From the NCBI GenBank assembly GCA_037305845.1, contig CP147778.1, positions 896,001-960,000 on the forward strand: a DNA stretch of 64,000 bases, written 5' to 3'. The notes under the pieces were generated by a model. The model saw only the letters and a program-made list of their open reading frames with translations, was not told the DNA's origin and made no database searches. A program made the position numbers and the translations under genes. The DNA is from Candidatus Freyarchaeum deiterrae (GTDB lineage Archaea > Asgardarchaeota > Jordiarchaeia > Jordiarchaeales > Jordiarchaeaceae). Position 1 is the stretch's first letter, and every line of letters starts with the position of its first letter. Of this stretch, positions 48,863 through 58,868 are shown piece after piece.

Positions 48863-50227
48863 TTAGACTTTTTTATTATTGCCTAGTTTAGTTACAAGTT
48901 TTTCCACTTGTTCAACTGCAGTGCCGATGTACTGCTTGGGGTCTAGCCAATTGTTCAATTCATTTTCGGTTACTAATGTCTTGAGTTTTTTATGGCTGAG
49001 TATTGCATTTTTTAGTGGGATGTTTTCTTGGCGGCACTTTATTGCTAGTTGGCGGAGAATTTCATGGGCTTCCTGCCTCCCCAGGCCCTTTTCCACTAGT
49101 TTCAGCATTACGTTTTCGCTCATGTATAGTCCGCCTTCAAGTTCGAGGTTTTTCTGAATATTCTGGTAGTTGAATTCTAATCCTTTTAGTATGGAGATGA
49201 GTTCGGTTAGAATGTAGTCTAGGAGTATGTAGGATTCGGGAAATATTATACGTTCACTAGAGGAGTTTGTTAGATCTCTTTCATGTTCAATTAGTGCAGC
49301 GTTATCAAGAGCAGGTATGGTGTGCGAAAGTATAACGCGGGATACTCCACAGACTCTTTCTGACCTGTGTGGGTTTCGCTTTTGGGCCATGGTGGATGAA
49401 CCTACCTGTTTCTCTGCGAAGGGCTCGAAAACTTCAGCGATCTCGGTTCTCTGAAGGTTCCTAATTTCTTTAGCGATTTTGGTTAGAGTTGCAGCTATCA
49501 GGGCGTTCAGAAAGATTAGTTCGGCATAAACGTCACGCTGAACTATTTGGTTGGTTATCTCGGCTTCCTCTATGTTTAGGTCTTTCATAACAAGTCTCTG
49601 AATCTCGAATCCTTCTTGGCCGAAACTAGCCATTGTTCCCACGGCTCCACTCATTTTCCCGACCAGACCTCTTTTCTTATATTCCTCGATTCTCTCGATA
49701 TGTCTGTTTATTTCACTAGCCCAGATGGCGAACTTCATTCCGTAGGTGAAGGGTACAGCGTGTTGACCGTGTGTTCTCCCTATACAGATTGTGTTCTTGT
49801 GTGTGGAAGCTAGACCTAAAAGAACATCTTTAAGGGTAACAAGTTTTGAGGAAAGTATCTTTATCGCGTCTCTTAGGATAAGAGCCCAAGCAGTGTCCAC
49901 TATATCATAACTAGTTGCGCCCAAGTGCACGTATTTTCCAGCATCTCCCTCACAAACTTCGGATAAGGCTCGCACCATAGCCATGACATCGTGTTGAATC
50001 TCCTTTTCCAACTCGTTAACCCTATCGAGCTTGACATAGTCCAAAGATGCTTTTTTTGATATTTCCTCCGCCGCCTCGTTTGGTATGTCTCCCAGAGCAG
50101 CGTGAACCCTAGCTAATGCGGATTCCACGTCAAGCCAACTCTGAAGCTTATTCTCTTCTGTGAAAACTTGCTTCATTTCTGGGTTGAAGTATCTATATTC
50201 TATTGGATGTACTGACATTCCACACAC
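48863..50227 (-). CDS. purB: Adenylosuccinate lyase
   Basis: HDVMA, HLGATSYDI, GRTHGQHA, GSSTMAQKRNP, HERDL. Confidence 0.95.
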   Translation of the reverse strand: MCGMSVHPIEYRYFNPEMKQVFTEENKLQSWLDVESALARVHAALGDIPNEAAEEISKKASLDYVKLDRVNELEKEIQHDVMAMVRALSEVCEGDAGKYVHLGATSYDIVDTAWALILRDAIKILSSKLVTLKDVLLGLASTHKNTICIGRTHGQHAVPFTYGMKFAIWASEINRHIERIEEYKKRGLVGKMSGAVGTMASFGQEGFEIQRLVMKDLNIEEAEITNQIVQRDVYAELIFLNALIAATLTKIAKEIRNLQRTEIAEVFEPFAEKQVGSSTMAQKRNPHRSERVCGVSRVILSHTIPALDNAALIEHERDLTNSSSERIIFPESYILLDYILTELISILKGLEFNYQNIQKNLELEGGLYMSENVMLKLVEKGLGRQEAHEILRQLAIKCRQENIPLKNAILSHKKLKTLVTENELNNWLDPKQYIGTAVEQVEKLVTKLGNNKKV

Positions 50228-50413
50228 CTCAAAAACGCTCTACATTTTCCAAAGGATACAGAAAACATTAAAAGGATATCCCTCTCACTGTTAAAATCCA
50301 ATAAATGAAGAAAATTCTTAACAACAACTCCCTATGCCTGAAAGATCTGGTTTGGAAATGTTTTGTTGTAAGGATTGAATATTAATTATTTAAAAGTCTA
50401 AGGGTGAAATAGT

Positions 50414-51568
50414 TTGCGTGGAAATGACGAAGATCTTTTGATGATTCCGGGACCCACAAACGTTGCGGATAGTACACTCAGAGCTATGTCTCGCCAAATG
50501 ATTAATCACAGAGGAAAGGAGTTTGGAGAAATTCTCACAGAATGCACAGAGAATTTGAAGAAGGTTTTTAGAACCCAAAACGCCCTCTTTATTCTCTCCT
50601 CCTCGGGAACCGGAGCAATGGAGGCTGCCATTGCTAATATACTAGAACCCGGCGACAAGATTCTTTGTCCAAATTATGGAAAGTTTAGCGAAAGGTTCAA
50701 ACTGATTGTGGAAGCTTTTGGAGGAACACCCGTTGAGTTACCCATCGAGTGGGGAGACGCCCCGGAACCAGGACTAATCGAAGAAACATTAGATAGAGAA
50801 GATAATATCAAGGCGGTAACAATCACTCAAAATGAATCGTCAACAGGTGTAAGAGTTCCTCTTGAGGATATAAGTAAAATAGTGAAAAAGCACGACGCCC
50901 TGTTGATTGCGGACACAATTTCAAGTATGGGCGGTGACAACCTTCCAGTTGATGACTTGGAAATTGACTTTTGCATTTCGGGTGCACAGAAATGTTTTTC
51001 ACTACCTCCTGGTTTAGCGTTCATTTCGGTATCCGAGAAAGCTTGGGAAGTGATAAACAGAACTAAGAGGAGAGCATTCTATTTCAGCCTACCAGCCTAT
51101 CTTAAGAGTTACAAAAAGGATCCACCAGAGACCCCTTACACACCTGCCTTGACATTTTACTACGCTCTGCAAAATTCTCTGAGGCTCATGCTGAAAGAGG
51201 GACTCGATAATGTAATTGCTCGTCACCAAAAGGCTGCTCAAGCCACCAGAGGAGCGATTCAAGCTCTTGAACTAGAATTTTTCCCAAAGAGAGAGGAGCT
51301 CTACTCAGTAACGGTAACCGCGGTTCGAATACCCGACGGTGTTCAGGACAAGGAATTGCGGGGAACTATGCAGAAGGAGTACGGGGTTTTGGTATCCGGT
51401 GGACAGGATAAATTGAAAGGAAAAATCTTCAGAATTGGCCACATGGGGCAAGTTACCGAAAAAGAAATTCTAGCGACCATATACGCATTGGAAAAAGCCC
51501 TAAAAAAACAGGGTCTAAAAATAGAACCCGGAGCGGGAGTAGAAGCAGCGATTAAAGCATTAACCTGA
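50414..51568 (+). CDS. Class V PLP aminotransferase (serine-pyruvate/alanine-glyoxylate type)
   Basis: LMIPGPT, SGTGAMEAA, NESSTG, DTISS.GG, GAQKC..LPPG, FRIGHMG. Confidence 0.92.
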   Translation: MRGNDEDLLMIPGPTNVADSTLRAMSRQMINHRGKEFGEILTECTENLKKVFRTQNALFILSSSGTGAMEAAIANILEPGDKILCPNYGKFSERFKLIVEAFGGTPVELPIEWGDAPEPGLIEETLDREDNIKAVTITQNESSTGVRVPLEDISKIVKKHDALLIADTISSMGGDNLPVDDLEIDFCISGAQKCFSLPPGLAFISVSEKAWEVINRTKRRAFYFSLPAYLKSYKKDPPETPYTPALTFYYALQNSLRLMLKEGLDNVIARHQKAAQATRGAIQALELEFFPKREELYSVTVTAVRIPDGVQDKELRGTMQKEYGVLVSGGQDKLKGKIFRIGHMGQVTEKEILATIYALEKALKKQGLKIEPGAGVEAAIKALT

Positions 51569-51868
51569 ATTTCCCTCAAATACCATTTTATCCACTTGAA
51601 AACTTTCAGCTGGAATCATTATCTTTCATATTTAAGAAAGAAAGATTTCAACCAGAATTTAATAAAATATTTCAGGCCCCTCATATCAATATTAAAGGGA
51701 ACCAGATTTTCTTTTTTTTTTATACTTGTTGGTTTCATTTTCAATTGCAAAAATATGCTAATAATAATCTTCGATTCCGATAAAAGGATTAAAACGATAT
51801 AGCATGATAACTATCTAAAAACAGCGTCTGCGAGGTTTCCAGTGAACTATTTACAGAAAGATGATTAG

Positions 51869-52069
51869 CAAGAAAGCCCCGGTTCCTTTATGGCGGGGAT
51901 GAATTGCGTGGAGTTTAAATACCGAGAAAAAGAAGAAAGAAGATAATAAGGCTTGCTCACCCGAAAAATAAGAAGGATGCGGAAGCCGTTAACAGGGCGG
52001 TGACACGCCCCACACTTCTAACAACAGAAGTGCAGAACCCCCAACCTTTCAAGGTGGGGAGTATGTCAG
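51869..52069 (+). mobile_element. Non-autonomous IS200/IS605-family derivative retaining left end and TnpB/omega-RNA right end
   Basis: Left end CAAGAAAGCCCCG-N12-CGGGGATGAATTGCG; right end has three hairpins ending CCCCAACCTTTCAAGGTGGGGAGTATGTCAG; no transposase. Confidence 0.75.
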
Positions 52070-52222
52070 CACAATCCTAAAACAGTTGGAAAAGTAGAGA
52101 CCCCAATTTTCCTTTTGGGAATTAGGGGGTGTTTGGGCTTTGACCGAAAAGGTATTATTTTGCCCAATTTAAATCAATTATAAATCTGAAGGTTTGAAAC
52201 CTTCTTTTCTTCCCCAAGTTGG

Positions 52223-52606
52223 CTATACTCCTTTTTCTACATCTCTTGCGATTTCTTTGAAGAGTATTTTTCTGCCTTCTCGGGTTGGTATTACTTTTTT
52301 TCCTTCGATTTTGACTAGCCCTTTTCTTGCCATTATGACAACTTCTTGTTCAATTTGCCATTCTTCAGCGTCTAGATATTTTGCTATTTCGCTGATAGTT
52401 TCTCTATGTCTTAGGCTTTCGAGGATGTTTCTGTAGGATACTTTTTCTCCTCTTTGTTCTCTTTGTATTAATCCACAAACGCTGCAAATTCTCAATCTTC
52501 TCGATGAATCGTAGAGAACTGCACCGCCGCAAGCTTCACATTTTTGGGTTGTTTGCTGCGTGCCATACCATTTTCCAGATGGCTGAGGGGATTCTTTCTT
52601 TGACAT
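52223..52606 (-). CDS. TFIIB-type zinc ribbon fused to winged helix
   Basis: CEACGG.VLYD......CSVCGLI; TISEIAKYL...MARKGLVKIEG...PTREG. Confidence 0.7.
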   Translation of the reverse strand: MSKKESPQPSGKWYGTQQTTQKCEACGGAVLYDSSRRLRICSVCGLIQREQRGEKVSYRNILESLRHRETISEIAKYLDAEEWQIEQEVVIMARKGLVKIEGKKVIPTREGRKILFKEIARDVEKGV

Positions 52607-52858
52607 TTAATACACCTCACTAGAAAGACGAGCATGCAAGTTATTATTTATTTTCATGTATTTTTAATTTTAAATTTATGGAAAATTGGTTATTAATTAA
52701 AGTAAAGGTATTTAATGTCAGGTTATATTTTTTACTAATTCACTGCTGCGTAATGCATAATAGAAAAAAGATAAAAATTCGAGTAATTTATAGATAACTA
52801 TTAAATCGCAATGGTTGACAGTATGCTTGTTGGAGGATTATTTCGGATAACTTGAAAT

Positions 52859-53518
52859 TTGCCTTTTTGTAGGCAATTATTGAAGGTGAAAGCAGTGAGC
52901 CGTAGGAGGTTATTCAAAGAAATCGTAGCCGCTATCGGGGTTGCTCTTCTGCTAGGAGGGATCATTGCCACTCCTGCAGCAACAGTCTTGACCCTGTATT
53001 TCCCAGTAATGGATTTGACGCCAGTATCCGGTAGTGTAAATTATAACTTCACGCAGATTAGGATAGTACCACCTGGACAAATGAGCTTTGTAGGTGTTTA
53101 TCTGAACTATGGTGACAGCTTGATAGGTGTTTACTCTTCAAACATAAGAGTCAACGCATACATTATGGATGTTTTTAACTTCTATAATTATGTACAGGGC
53201 GCCACCTTCTTCACACCAATAATTAAAGGCCTGCCTTCAGCATTCTCACTCTTTGGATACACAGCCTCAGCTCCGGGATATTACTACTTTGTTGTTGAAA
53301 ACTACTCTCCGTATCCTGCTTTCGTAGCAGTGCAGGGATCAATTATGTCTAGCATAGTAATTCCCAGAAGCAACAATGGACATATTTTATCCCAGTTACT
53401 GCTGGATGCAGCTTTAATAGCTGCACTGATCGGCGCAGTATTGTATCTACCGGTCCGAGCTTGGGAATCAAGAACTTCTAAAAAAGCTAAGAAGAAAAAA
53501 GTTGCTAAAAAGCGGTAA
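52859..53518 (+). CDS. Membrane protein with beta-sandwich (GOLD/PPC-like) domain and basic C-terminal tail
   Basis: N-terminal TM; VNAYIMD, YTASAPGYYYFVVEN; C-terminal TM; KKAKKKKVAKKR. Confidence 0.6.
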   Translation: MPFCRQLLKVKAVSRRRLFKEIVAAIGVALLLGGIIATPAATVLTLYFPVMDLTPVSGSVNYNFTQIRIVPPGQMSFVGVYLNYGDSLIGVYSSNIRVNAYIMDVFNFYNYVQGATFFTPIIKGLPSAFSLFGYTASAPGYYYFVVENYSPYPAFVAVQGSIMSSIVIPRSNNGHILSQLLLDAALIAALIGAVLYLPVRAWESRTSKKAKKKKVAKKR

Positions 53519-53906
53519 CATCATAATTAGATAATGCACATTGAGGCTCTATCCCTTATTTATAAAAATTTAAACTGAAGTAAAGAGAATGTCTCAAACC
53601 CTAGTCGCAGATAACGGGTAAAAAAATTGGTTATTTTTTAATTCCTTCAATTTGGGAATTTTTAACAGAAAGACAGCCTCTAAAATTAAAGCACCTCCAG
53701 ACCATTTCCATCCAAATTCATTCATAGGTATCACGACATCTTGTTGTAAGAAGAATGTAGCTTTTTCAGGTTCTACATTAAAGAAAACTAAGTTGATTCT
53801 GACATTTTTCGGCAAAATATATTAGAGAGAACTAATAGTGAATATTTTACTACAGGTTCTTAACTCTAAGAAATAATTTTATTAAAAGGTTTCAAGGGGT
53901 GTTTTA

Positions 53907-54458
53907 ATGTCAGTAGGGATTGAAGTTTTTCAGGTAAAGGATAATGGAGAATTGGAAAATGTACCCTTGGATTCCACAAGTCTTTCTGGAGCTTTGATAG
54001 TGATTGATCACAACAGAAAAAACATTTGGTTCTGGAAGGAGTCAGAGGAACTCCCAAAGCTTTTAAAAATTGTTGGTGCAAGAATAGTAAACTCACTAAA
54101 ACTAAAATATGGTTTAAATTATTCTACCAAGGAGGCTACGGGGAAAAAAGAATCCGGAACTTTTCTCACACTGTTTGAGAATTTGCCAAGAGGCAAAACT
54201 TCTGAGAACTTGGTGGCTGAGAGAAAAGCAGAATTTTCACTGAAACAGCCTGTAATTGTTAGGAAGGCTGAAGAATCTTTCCAAACAAGTGAAAAGAAAA
54301 CCGCAGAGACTCAAACCAGTCTACTAGACATGGAAGGTATTTCAAAAATTTCGATATCGGTCAATATAAATATTAATTTGGAGAACTTTGAAAGCTTTGA
54401 TGCAAATAAGCTTGAGGATTTAGTCAAAAAGGTTAGAGACGTATTAAAAAACGTATAA
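53907..54458 (+). CDS. Single-domain gelsolin-like protein with C-terminal extension
   Basis: VFQVKDNGEL..V, LIVIDH..KNIWFWK, KIVGAR, G.KES.TFL.LF match the gelsolin repeat pattern. Confidence 0.6.
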   Translation: MSVGIEVFQVKDNGELENVPLDSTSLSGALIVIDHNRKNIWFWKESEELPKLLKIVGARIVNSLKLKYGLNYSTKEATGKKESGTFLTLFENLPRGKTSENLVAERKAEFSLKQPVIVRKAEESFQTSEKKTAETQTSLLDMEGISKISISVNININLENFESFDANKLEDLVKKVRDVLKNV

Positions 54459-54510
54459 TTGGTTTTGAATTGTGGATTCATTTAAAGAGTATAAAAGTGG
54501 CTCTATAGCC

Positions 54511-55719
54511 TTATTTTTTTATGCTTGATATAAATTGAAGTGTACCTCTTGCCGTTTCCCTTACGTTCTCGTCCTTATCTTCATCAGCTAACGTTCTAAT
54601 TTTGGGTAATATTTGTTCTGAAATCTGGGGAGAGTTTCCAATAATCCATCCCACAGCGTCTATTGCCTTTTTGCGGACTGTAGGGTTTTTGTCTTCTAGG
54701 ATTTTTATTAGTTCCTGTGTTATTTGCTCGAGAAATGGCTGCGTTTCTTTAGGATTGTTACCCGCAATCCAACCTATGCCATGTACGGCCGCCCCTCGCA
54801 CATTTTCGTTAGCAGAGTTTAAGAGTTTACTCAGATAGGTAATGGCATCTTTAATTGTTTTAGGGTTGCTAGTTCCTAGCCATCCCAAGGTTTGAACAGC
54901 ATTCCAACCTATCATTTCGTCTCCTTTTTCTACAACTTTAAATGCGCTGGAAACAATTTTCTCGATTAATTCGATTTTTTCTTTAGTCAGTACGATTAAG
55001 CTCTCCACTGCACTTCCTCTTACGCTGGATTCTGAGTCATTCACTGCAATAAAAGCAATGTCTGATACAAAATTCTCAATTATTTCGGGTTTTTTATAAG
55101 CAATTAAAACTAGAGCCTCCACGGCATTAGATCTAACATAAGCAAACTCATCATTCTTAGCCAAGCGGACCAGTGTTGAAACATGATTCTTAACCAGTTC
55201 CGGGTTGGAACTCCCTATCCATCCCATTGCTGTGGCGGATGTTGCTTTCATCATTTCGTTTTTGGAATTTAGATGTTTCGCTAAATCTGGAATCAAATTT
55301 GTGATAACTTTGGGATTATTTCCACCAATCCAGCCTAATACTATTATGCTATTCCATCGGTAATCAGTATTGCCCCTCTCAAGTGACTCAATTATTTTAG
55401 GTGTTAATTTTTGGAAATGTTCAGGAATCTCTAAACTAAGGGAACCTAATACTTCTATCGCATTCGCTCTAACAAAGGTAGACTCATCGCTGATGGCCAG
55501 TTTTAGAATGTGGGGTAAGGCTTTTTCTGCCATTTTGGGAAACTTTTCAGCGGAAGAGCCGACAACCCATGCTGCGGTAGCCCTAGTCTGTGAATTTTCA
55601 TTCTCAAATAAGGGAAGTAGCATGTTGAAAGCTTCTTCGAGTTTATTCTCCAATAAGAGATTCCCTATGGCTTTGAAATCTTCTTCAGTCAATATATTCC
55701 CTCCACTTTTTAAACTCAA
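54511..55719 (-). CDS. HEAT-repeat protein
   Basis: About 10 repeats of 37-39 aa, L..L..D....VR..A...LG.I. Confidence 0.88.
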   Translation of the reverse strand: MSLKSGGNILTEEDFKAIGNLLLENKLEEAFNMLLPLFENENSQTRATAAWVVGSSAEKFPKMAEKALPHILKLAISDESTFVRANAIEVLGSLSLEIPEHFQKLTPKIIESLERGNTDYRWNSIIVLGWIGGNNPKVITNLIPDLAKHLNSKNEMMKATSATAMGWIGSSNPELVKNHVSTLVRLAKNDEFAYVRSNAVEALVLIAYKKPEIIENFVSDIAFIAVNDSESSVRGSAVESLIVLTKEKIELIEKIVSSAFKVVEKGDEMIGWNAVQTLGWLGTSNPKTIKDAITYLSKLLNSANENVRGAAVHGIGWIAGNNPKETQPFLEQITQELIKILEDKNPTVRKKAIDAVGWIIGNSPQISEQILPKIRTLADEDKDENVRETARGTLQFISSIKK

Positions 55720-56443
55720 GAATGGAAACTATACAAAGTATCTAGACACAAATTCAGCTATTCAGATTTTCCATTACTAAAAAGAGATAAACAACATTAC
55801 TTTAAACTTATTTGCTGTTGAATTTATCTTTTGCTTAATGGGACTTTTTATTCGGATCGAAACCATCGCGTTTGTAGACTATTTTGGAAAAAGAGAATAT
55901 TGTTGACAAAGCAATCAATTTCTAGTTGCAAAGGTGGCAATTAGCGATTGCTGGGTAACTTATCATGGCAGTTATTGAGGGACGGAACCACCTAATCCCA
56001 ACCTTTCCTCGAAAAGTTAAGCTCAAAAGGGGGGATATCGCGTTATCCTCAATCCCGCCTAAAAAAATGGCTTGCCTTTTTTTGCTAGTTATGGGTTTTC
56101 TTTTTTGAGTTGTTAAGAATATTGCGCGATTTCAGTTAAATCGAATAATTTATAATGAAATTTATTAAAACAGTGATGGATTATAATAGACAAAGTTATT
56201 AAATAATTATTGGCATAAATACAAAGAAAAAACATTTTCAGCCAACCATAAAGTAAACAAAAGAGTTGCATTAGTCCTAACCAAAAGTATTATTAACCGA
56301 GGACGCAATCAATTATGTAGCAGTGATACAAAAAATTAAGTGATTGGTTGAGCTGAATTTACTTATAACACTCCTGAGTAGATTGTTGAGGGGTTTAAAT
56401 AGTAAATTCTGAAAGGGCGCTTGGAGCCTTTTGAGGTGAAAGA

Positions 56444-56809
56444 ATGACAACAACAGTTGAATTGAAAACGGATCAATCGTTTCTTAACGAAACTATTGAA
56501 GAATTACAGTTCTCAAGTGGATTAGACGTTGCGATTATTGATATTGATGGAAACGTTAAAGCCAGCAAACTGAGGTATGGTAAATCAGATGGAATCGGAA
56601 AATTAATAGTTGAAATCCTTGAAAAAAACAAAAGGATGGCAGAGATTTTCTCCACGGGCAGGATTGAAGACTATGTTGTGCATGGGAAGAACGGCTATAC
56701 CTTGGTAAAAGTATCCGGTTCACATATTTTGGTTGTATCGGGGTTAAAAGAACACCAACTCGGTTTAGCACTACTCAAATTGAGACAAATGGGGAATAAT
56801 AAGGAATAA
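56444..56809 (+). CDS. Roadblock/LC7 domain protein
   Basis: AIIDIDGNVKAS, VVHGKNGY, QLGLALL.LR. Confidence 0.8.
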   Translation: MTTTVELKTDQSFLNETIEELQFSSGLDVAIIDIDGNVKASKLRYGKSDGIGKLIVEILEKNKRMAEIFSTGRIEDYVVHGKNGYTLVKVSGSHILVVSGLKEHQLGLALLKLRQMGNNKE

Positions 56810-56883
56810 TCCACAGAAGAAGAGTTTTATTGGAACAATATCGACAACAAAAAACATAACGCTCTAATTAAAATAGAAGTTTT

Positions 56884-57264
56884 TTAGATTCGTTTTAATA
56901 TTTCTTGAATTTTTTGACTCGCTCTCCTTATTTCTAGGAGTACGAGTCCCAGATTTGAGTCGGGATTTGTTATTGCAGATAGCAGCGTCGATTCTCCTAC
57001 TCCACATATGACTATGTCTCCTTTGGAAGCGCTAATTATGACCTTGTCGAGCACCCCCCGCTCTAATTCATTAACACACCTGTTGCCAATATTCAGCACC
57101 GCAGCGCCCATGGCGCCAACAATTCCTTCGTCTGCATTTTTGGGTAACGCCGACGCTAAAACCAAACCATCTGTCCTCACTATTGCAGAAGCAATTATTT
57201 GGGGGTCAGCCCTACTCATTTCTTTTAAAGCAGTTTCAAACTCTGAGCGCCACGTCTTGGACAA
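56884..57264 (-). CDS. Roadblock/LC7 (MglB-like) protein
   Basis: SAIVRTDGLVLAS, GAMGAA, ELERG.L, NLGLVLLEIRRA. Confidence 0.9.
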   Translation of the reverse strand: MSKTWRSEFETALKEMSRADPQIIASAIVRTDGLVLASALPKNADEGIVGAMGAAVLNIGNRCVNELERGVLDKVIISASKGDIVICGVGESTLLSAITNPDSNLGLVLLEIRRASQKIQEILKRI

Positions 57265-57525
57265 TGAAGAGCCTCCTCAAGCCCACGTTGTTTAAAATAT
57301 TAGTGAATTCTTCTAATTTAAAAACATTGCCTATTTAATTTTTGTGTATCGGTTCTATATTTTGTAGAGATTTTTGCGAAAAAAAGAGCCCGTAACCCCC
57401 TTTAAGTATTTGGAGAACTTAGTATTCTCGAATAATTTTATAATGTTACAGGGATTTGTTTTCTAAATAGTAGATGAGTAGATTAATTATTTTAGGGTAT
57501 TATTTCTTTTAGAGGCGGTAGTCTA

Positions 57526-58866
57526 GTGATAAGGTTGAGTTATGATAGGGGAACGATTTTGATTCACGGTGGAAGGGTTCCAAATGCTTACTGGGACTCT
57601 CGCTCAAACGCATACAGGGCCCTAGCGATCTATTACTCGGATATTGTGGATTATCTTCAACTCTCGAAAATGGATTTTTCGGATAACGTTTTGGATCTAG
57701 TTCCCTGTCCTGTTTTTAGTTCTAACCTAGAACTGAGGGATTACCAAGAGGACGCTTTACATGCCTGGCTTGAGGCTGGTAAAAAAGGAGTCATCGTTTT
57801 GCCAACGGGAGCGGGAAAAACAATTATTGCTCTGAAAGCCATATCCCTACTGAGCGAACCTACCCTGATCTGTGTTCCAACACTGGACTTGATAGACCAG
57901 TGGCAGTCTCAAATATCAAAAGAATTCAAAATAAAAGTCGGAGTCTACGGAGGAGGAACCCATGAATTAGAGCCCATTACCGTGGCGACCTATGACACAG
58001 CATATTTACGGGCCGAAGAATTGGGGAACAAGTTTGCTTTCGTAATATTCGACGAGGTGCACCACCTACCGGCGCCGGGTTACATGAATATAGCTGAAAT
58101 GCTGGTGGCGCCCCATCGTATGGGTCTCACAGCCACCTATGAAAGGGAAGACGGCTTACACTCAGAATTAAACAGGCTGGTGGGAGGAAAAATTTTCGAG
58201 TTAGCTATTGATGAACTGGTAGGCGAGCACCTGGCAGACTTCGTTGTGGAGAAAATTGTTGTGGATTTAACGCCGGAAGAAAAAAAGGAGTACGAAAAAG
58301 AGTACAAGATTTATCTGGACTATCTAGCCACAAGCAACACCTCATCGAAATACCCGATAAGTTTTAGAAAACTGGTGCTCAGAAGCGGGAGGGATCCGAG
58401 GGCCAGAGAAGCCTTACTTGCAAGGCACCACGCCCGAGTGATAGCCTTGAACGCCTCCTCCAAAATGGATGTACTGAAAGATATTCTAGAAAAACACGTA
58501 GGGGATAGAATACTAATCTTCACCGAGTACAATGACCTAGTTTATACTATATCCAGAAAATTTCTCATTCCCTCCATCACTCATAAAACGCCAAAAAGCG
58601 AGAGAGTTGAAAACCTAGACAAGTTTAGGAGAGGCGATTACAATATCATAGTTACCTCCAAGGTTTTGGATGAAGGTGTGGATGTGCCTGAAGCAAGAGT
58701 GGGAGTGATTCTCAGCGGAACTGGAAGCAAAAGAGAATTCGTCCAGAGATTGGGGAGAATTCTCAGAAAGAAAGAAAACAAATCCGCGGTGCTCTACGAA
58801 ATAATCACCAAATCCACATCAGAAGTTGCCATATCTAAAAAGAGAAGAACCGCAATAGAGGATTAG
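57526..58866 (+). CDS. xpb: XPB/Rad25-family helicase
   Basis: LRDYQ, LPTGAGKT, DEVHHL, GLTATYERED (RED motif), DEGVDVP, QRLGRILR. Confidence 0.92.
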   Translation: MIRLSYDRGTILIHGGRVPNAYWDSRSNAYRALAIYYSDIVDYLQLSKMDFSDNVLDLVPCPVFSSNLELRDYQEDALHAWLEAGKKGVIVLPTGAGKTIIALKAISLLSEPTLICVPTLDLIDQWQSQISKEFKIKVGVYGGGTHELEPITVATYDTAYLRAEELGNKFAFVIFDEVHHLPAPGYMNIAEMLVAPHRMGLTATYEREDGLHSELNRLVGGKIFELAIDELVGEHLADFVVEKIVVDLTPEEKKEYEKEYKIYLDYLATSNTSSKYPISFRKLVLRSGRDPRAREALLARHHARVIALNASSKMDVLKDILEKHVGDRILIFTEYNDLVYTISRKFLIPSITHKTPKSERVENLDKFRRGDYNIIVTSKVLDEGVDVPEARVGVILSGTGSKREFVQRLGRILRKKENKSAVLYEIITKSTSEVAISKKRRTAIED

Positions 58867-58868
58867 AG

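Noticed and set aside
53594-53815. 73-aa minus-strand ORF
   Set aside because: No motif or clear SD; cannot distinguish from chance.
55990-56075. Weak hairpins in a long intergenic region as ncRNA or IS end
   Set aside because: Stems are short and lack recognisable IS or RNA-family signatures.
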